Source of the DNA: Candidatus Pacearchaeota archaeon
GTDB lineage: Archaea; Nanobdellota; Nanobdellia; Pacearchaeales; GW2011-AR1
DNA length: 45,101 bases
Reading direction: 5' to 3'
Assembly: GCA_018304055.1 (NCBI GenBank)
Contig: JAGVWY010000019.1
Location: 6,415-51,515, forward strand
Each line of letters starts with the position of its first letter. Within the stretch, counting starts at the first letter, position 1. A program made the translations under genes and the position numbers. The notes under the pieces were generated by a model. That model was not told the DNA's origin, did not search any database, and was given only the letters and a program-made list of their open reading frames with translations. Shown here piece after piece: positions 42,356 through 45,101 of the stretch.

Positions 42356-42715
42356 ATGAACAAAAAAATTGAGAAAGAAATAAAAGAAGAAGTAGATAAA
42401 GAAATAGAGAAAAGAGTTGGGAAAGAAGTTGAAAGGAGATCACATGAAAAGTTATATTATGGAACTATTGAATCTACTAGAAAATTTCGGGAAGAATTTA
42501 AGAATCAGGCAGTAATTGGTATTACTGCAGCGTTTGCATTTTTGATAGCTTTGTCTTGGAGAACGCCTATAGAAGGTTTGGTTAATAAGTTAATTGAAAG
42601 ATTGAGTTTAACAGGTCAAGAGGTGTATATTCAATTTTTGTCAGCAATAATAATAACTATCCTAGCTGTTATTGTTTTAATTTATATTAGCAAGTGGAAA
42701 AGTGATTATCAGTAA
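42356..42715 (+). CDS. membrane protein (charged helical N-terminus, two TM segments)
   Basis: The 119-aa ORF has hydrophobic segments AVIGITAAFAFLIALSW and FLSAIIITILAVIVLIYI. Confidence 0.5.
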   Translation: MNKKIEKEIKEEVDKEIEKRVGKEVERRSHEKLYYGTIESTRKFREEFKNQAVIGITAAFAFLIALSWRTPIEGLVNKLIERLSLTGQEVYIQFLSAIIITILAVIVLIYISKWKSDYQ

Positions 42716-42857
42716 ACTTTTGCATTTTATGTGTAAAATACTGCGAAAGTTTCCGAACTGAACTTTTTTTAAATCCTCCATAAACCACCAAAGTTCCTCA
42801 TGTAAAACGCAAAACAGCATTAGGAAGATATATAAACAAACCTTTTTTTATTATATC

Positions 42858-42995
42858 ATGAAAAAAAAGAAGTATTCTGAAAAAAAACAGAAGAATGAAA
42901 AAATTAAAAAATTTTCTTTTTGGAAAGTATTAGCTCTAATTATTCTAGTTTTACTCTTGGTTGCTTTGGGCATTGTTTTTAATATCCTTTATTAA
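42858..42995 (+). CDS. possible 45-aa single-TM peptide (below ORF-track cutoff)
   Basis: My translation: MKKKKYSEKKQKNEKIKKFSFWKVLALIILVLLLVALGIVFNILY. It has only the basic-head plus TM-tail pattern as support. Confidence 0.3.
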   Translation: MKKKKYSEKKQKNEKIKKFSFWKVLALIILVLLLVALGIVFNILY

Positions 42996-43038
42996 AATAA
43001 TTTTAATCTGATTCAGTTTGAAAAGAATCTAAAATACC

Positions 43039-43572
43039 ATGGAAGATTATAGCGAAGAAGAACCTCTTGAGAATAATGATAACAAAAGAAGAATTTTGAG
43101 AATATTTCTTTTTATTTCAATTTTTGTTGTTTTAATTGTTATCGGGATTATTGTAGCAAAACTTTTTTTAGAAATTCCTTCTGAAAATAATCAGGAAAAT
43201 GTGGGTTTTAACAATGGGAGCGAGATTTTAGAATTTAAAGAAGATAGTGAGGATTTATCACAGATTGGGGAAGATGATTTAAATATTAATGATATAATCT
43301 TGCGAACCTGTTTACAAGAAAATTCTTTTTCAGAAGAATGTCTTAGTATTTTACAGAATGATGAAGATATTTGTGAGCAAATGGATAACTTAAAAGATAA
43401 TTGTTATTATGAATCTGCTTTAATTAATAGTAATATTAATAGTAATGAATCTTATTGTTTTAAGATTAAAAATGAAAGCATGAGAGGAGATTGCAGGAAT
43501 GATACTATTTTATTAAATCCTGAAAATGAACCTGAAATTTTTATTCCTGAAGATGGTGGAATGCCCTCTTAA
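43039..43572 (+). CDS. membrane-anchored Cys-rich extracellular protein
   Basis: TM anchor ILRIFLFISIFVVLIVIGIIVAKLF is followed by an acidic region with eight Cys. Confidence 0.5.
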   Translation: MEDYSEEEPLENNDNKRRILRIFLFISIFVVLIVIGIIVAKLFLEIPSENNQENVGFNNGSEILEFKEDSEDLSQIGEDDLNINDIILRTCLQENSFSEECLSILQNDEDICEQMDNLKDNCYYESALINSNINSNESYCFKIKNESMRGDCRNDTILLNPENEPEIFIPEDGGMPS

Positions 43573-43659
43573 ATCAAAAATTTGTAAAATTGAAAATTTT
43601 TTATCCTCGATAAAAAATCAAAAAAAAACATTTATAAAGCCTGATTTTCTAATTATACA

Positions 43660-44451
43660 ATGAAAAAGAGTGTGAATAAGAAAATTTCGTTTAGTAATTA
43701 TAATAAGGATTCTCAGAAAAGTTCCTGGAAGATAATAGGTTTTGTTACTTTTATTTTAGTTGTTCTTTTGTTGTATTTTTATAGTGCTGGAAGAAATGAT
43801 CCTAAAAATTTAATTCCAAGCGAGAAAGCTCTGACTGGAAAAGCAATTTATGGCAGTCCTCTAACTGCGCTTCAATTAAAACAAGGCGTTGTTCTTGATA
43901 AAGGTTTTAACATTCTTGTTTGGACTAATGATATCGGGGAACTTCCTATAACAGAAGCCTTTGCCAGTATTTTAGATAACGTTAATTATGTATATGATTA
44001 TAATAGCCGAACGTTTTGGTTTAATCCAAATGGAATATATGCACGATATATTACTCACTCTTATTATAAAGATAGATTATTTACAACTATAAAACCTGGA
44101 CATAAATATTATGTTCCTATGAAAAATAAAGATGTTTTAACTTACAATATTCAGCTTTCTACTACTATTATATTGCCTGATGGAAGGAAGATTGTGCCTG
44201 ATGAAAATCAACCAGTTATTTGTGTGAACGGGAATGATACATTTCTTCAATCAAACTGTTATGATGTTGATGGAATTACCTTTCATGTTAAATCTTCTGT
44301 ACATGACTCAGGAAAAGGAGAAAGTTTTGATTATTGTGGTTCTGATGGAAAAACTTTGTATGAAGCTGTTTGTGTTTATGCAGACAAAAGTTACACTAGT
44401 ACTAGTTCATATATAACTGAGCATGTGTTAAAAGTGATGAATGTGTTGTAG
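43660..44451 (+). CDS. membrane-anchored surface protein, N-terminal part (frame-disrupted near 44420)
   Basis: TM anchor WKIIGFVTFILVVLLLYFY is followed by an extracellular region ending with a Cys module (FDYCGSDGKTLYEAVCVY). Confidence 0.6.
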   Translation: MKKSVNKKISFSNYNKDSQKSSWKIIGFVTFILVVLLLYFYSAGRNDPKNLIPSEKALTGKAIYGSPLTALQLKQGVVLDKGFNILVWTNDIGELPITEAFASILDNVNYVYDYNSRTFWFNPNGIYARYITHSYYKDRLFTTIKPGHKYYVPMKNKDVLTYNIQLSTTIILPDGRKIVPDENQPVICVNGNDTFLQSNCYDVDGITFHVKSSVHDSGKGESFDYCGSDGKTLYEAVCVYADKSYTSTSSYITEHVLKVMNVL

Positions 44452-45101
44452 TAGCTTCTGAAACAAAAGAAATTAATGAAGGATCATCAAAAATTATTAA
44501 TGGATTAACTGTTTATGTAAATAATGCTGATGAGACAAATTCATGGTTATCTACAACTATAAAGACGGGCAATTACTTATTTGATTTGAATAGTTCTTAT
44601 CCAACTAAAGAAATTACTTTGAATAATGCTGTTTATAAATTTGAATTAATATCTGCTACCGATACCTCTGCAACTATAAAAGTTACACTTAAAAGTTGTC
44701 CAACATCTGCTACCTGCACCGATAGTGATGGTGGATTTAATCCTAACATTTATGGTTGGACATATTTCAAATCTGGTTCTTTTGAATTAAAACATGAAGA
44801 TGCATGCGCGTTAGTTTTAGGTTATGATGATAATGGAAAACCTAACGGGTGGCAGGGTGTTGATAGTTGTTCTGGAAATAACTGTTATGTTGAAGAAGCC
44901 TATTGTTTGATGGACGAAAAGGGGAACGTTATTGATGCTGATGCAGATGAATTAATCAAATGCCCCAACGGCTGCAAAGATGGGGCGTGTGTGACTGATA
45001 ATTGTGCTTTGTTAACAAATGATATTAAAAATAATGTTACAGCTTTACTTCAAAATGGAAACAAAGTTATACTTAACGAGGGAGAGGTTATTAAGTATAG
45101 G
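44421..45101 (+). CDS. surface protein, continuation in the minus-1 frame; open to the window edge (partial)
   Basis: 227 codons run without a stop in AT-rich DNA, and the first 40 or so have no ATG/GTG/TTG. The same type of Cys module recurs (CTDSDGG ... EDACAL ... VEEAYC ... CPNGCKDGAC). Confidence 0.6.

Overview
Strongly AT-rich archaeal chromosomal segment. The archaeal call rests on PolD DP1/DP2, Orc1/Cdc6, an Lhr-type helicase, a Xer-type recombinase and GAGGTGA-like ribosome-binding sites. Compact genes and many ORFans suggest a small-genome DPANN-like archaeon, but that is inference only. By eye I found no rRNA, tRNA or CRISPR array. Layout: (1) 0.7-9.5 kb is accessory and defence-island-like. 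It holds a co-directional cluster of phosphodiesterase, Cas4-like nuclease, orphan GMP-synthase C-domain and XPD-like helicase. Next come an R-M-like cluster whose beta-class methyltransferase stops right after motif I, and an IS630-family element that appears to have split a small gene. (2) 9.5-15.8 kb has two divergent paralogous B12-binding radical SAM genes bracketing a metzincin protease, a pentameric ligand-gated ion channel and a nucleotidyltransferase-fold protein. (3) 15.8-21.3 kb has a tyrosine recombinase, HAD hydrolase, TPR-HEPN protein, membrane-anchored staphylococcal-type nuclease and a compact UvrD-like helicase. (4) 21.3-26.6 kb is ORFan-rich and looks mobile-element-like: HNH endonuclease, an untracked AbrB-like ORF, three winged-helix proteins and several unexplained repeat arrays and hairpins. 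(5) 26.6-30.7 kb has an Lhr helicase broken by a 1-nt frame step, plus a metallophosphoesterase carrying tetra- and octanucleotide repeats. (6) 31.5-42.3 kb is the replication locus: an ORB-bearing oriC, orc1/cdc6 with a P-loop intein, polD small subunit, a Nudix-HD fusion gene, and polD large subunit with an intein. (7) 42.3-45.1 kb encodes membrane and surface proteins, the last one frame-disrupted and running off the window. All four frame disruptions in the window are minus-1 steps, so assembly error must be excluded before any biological reading. No named novel system can be asserted from sequence alone. The best candidates for follow-up are the 0.7-4.7 kb helicase/nuclease/phosphodiesterase cluster, the Nudix-HD gene inside the replicase operon, the radical-SAM-bracketed cassette, and the repeat-rich winged-helix module at 24.4-26.2 kb.
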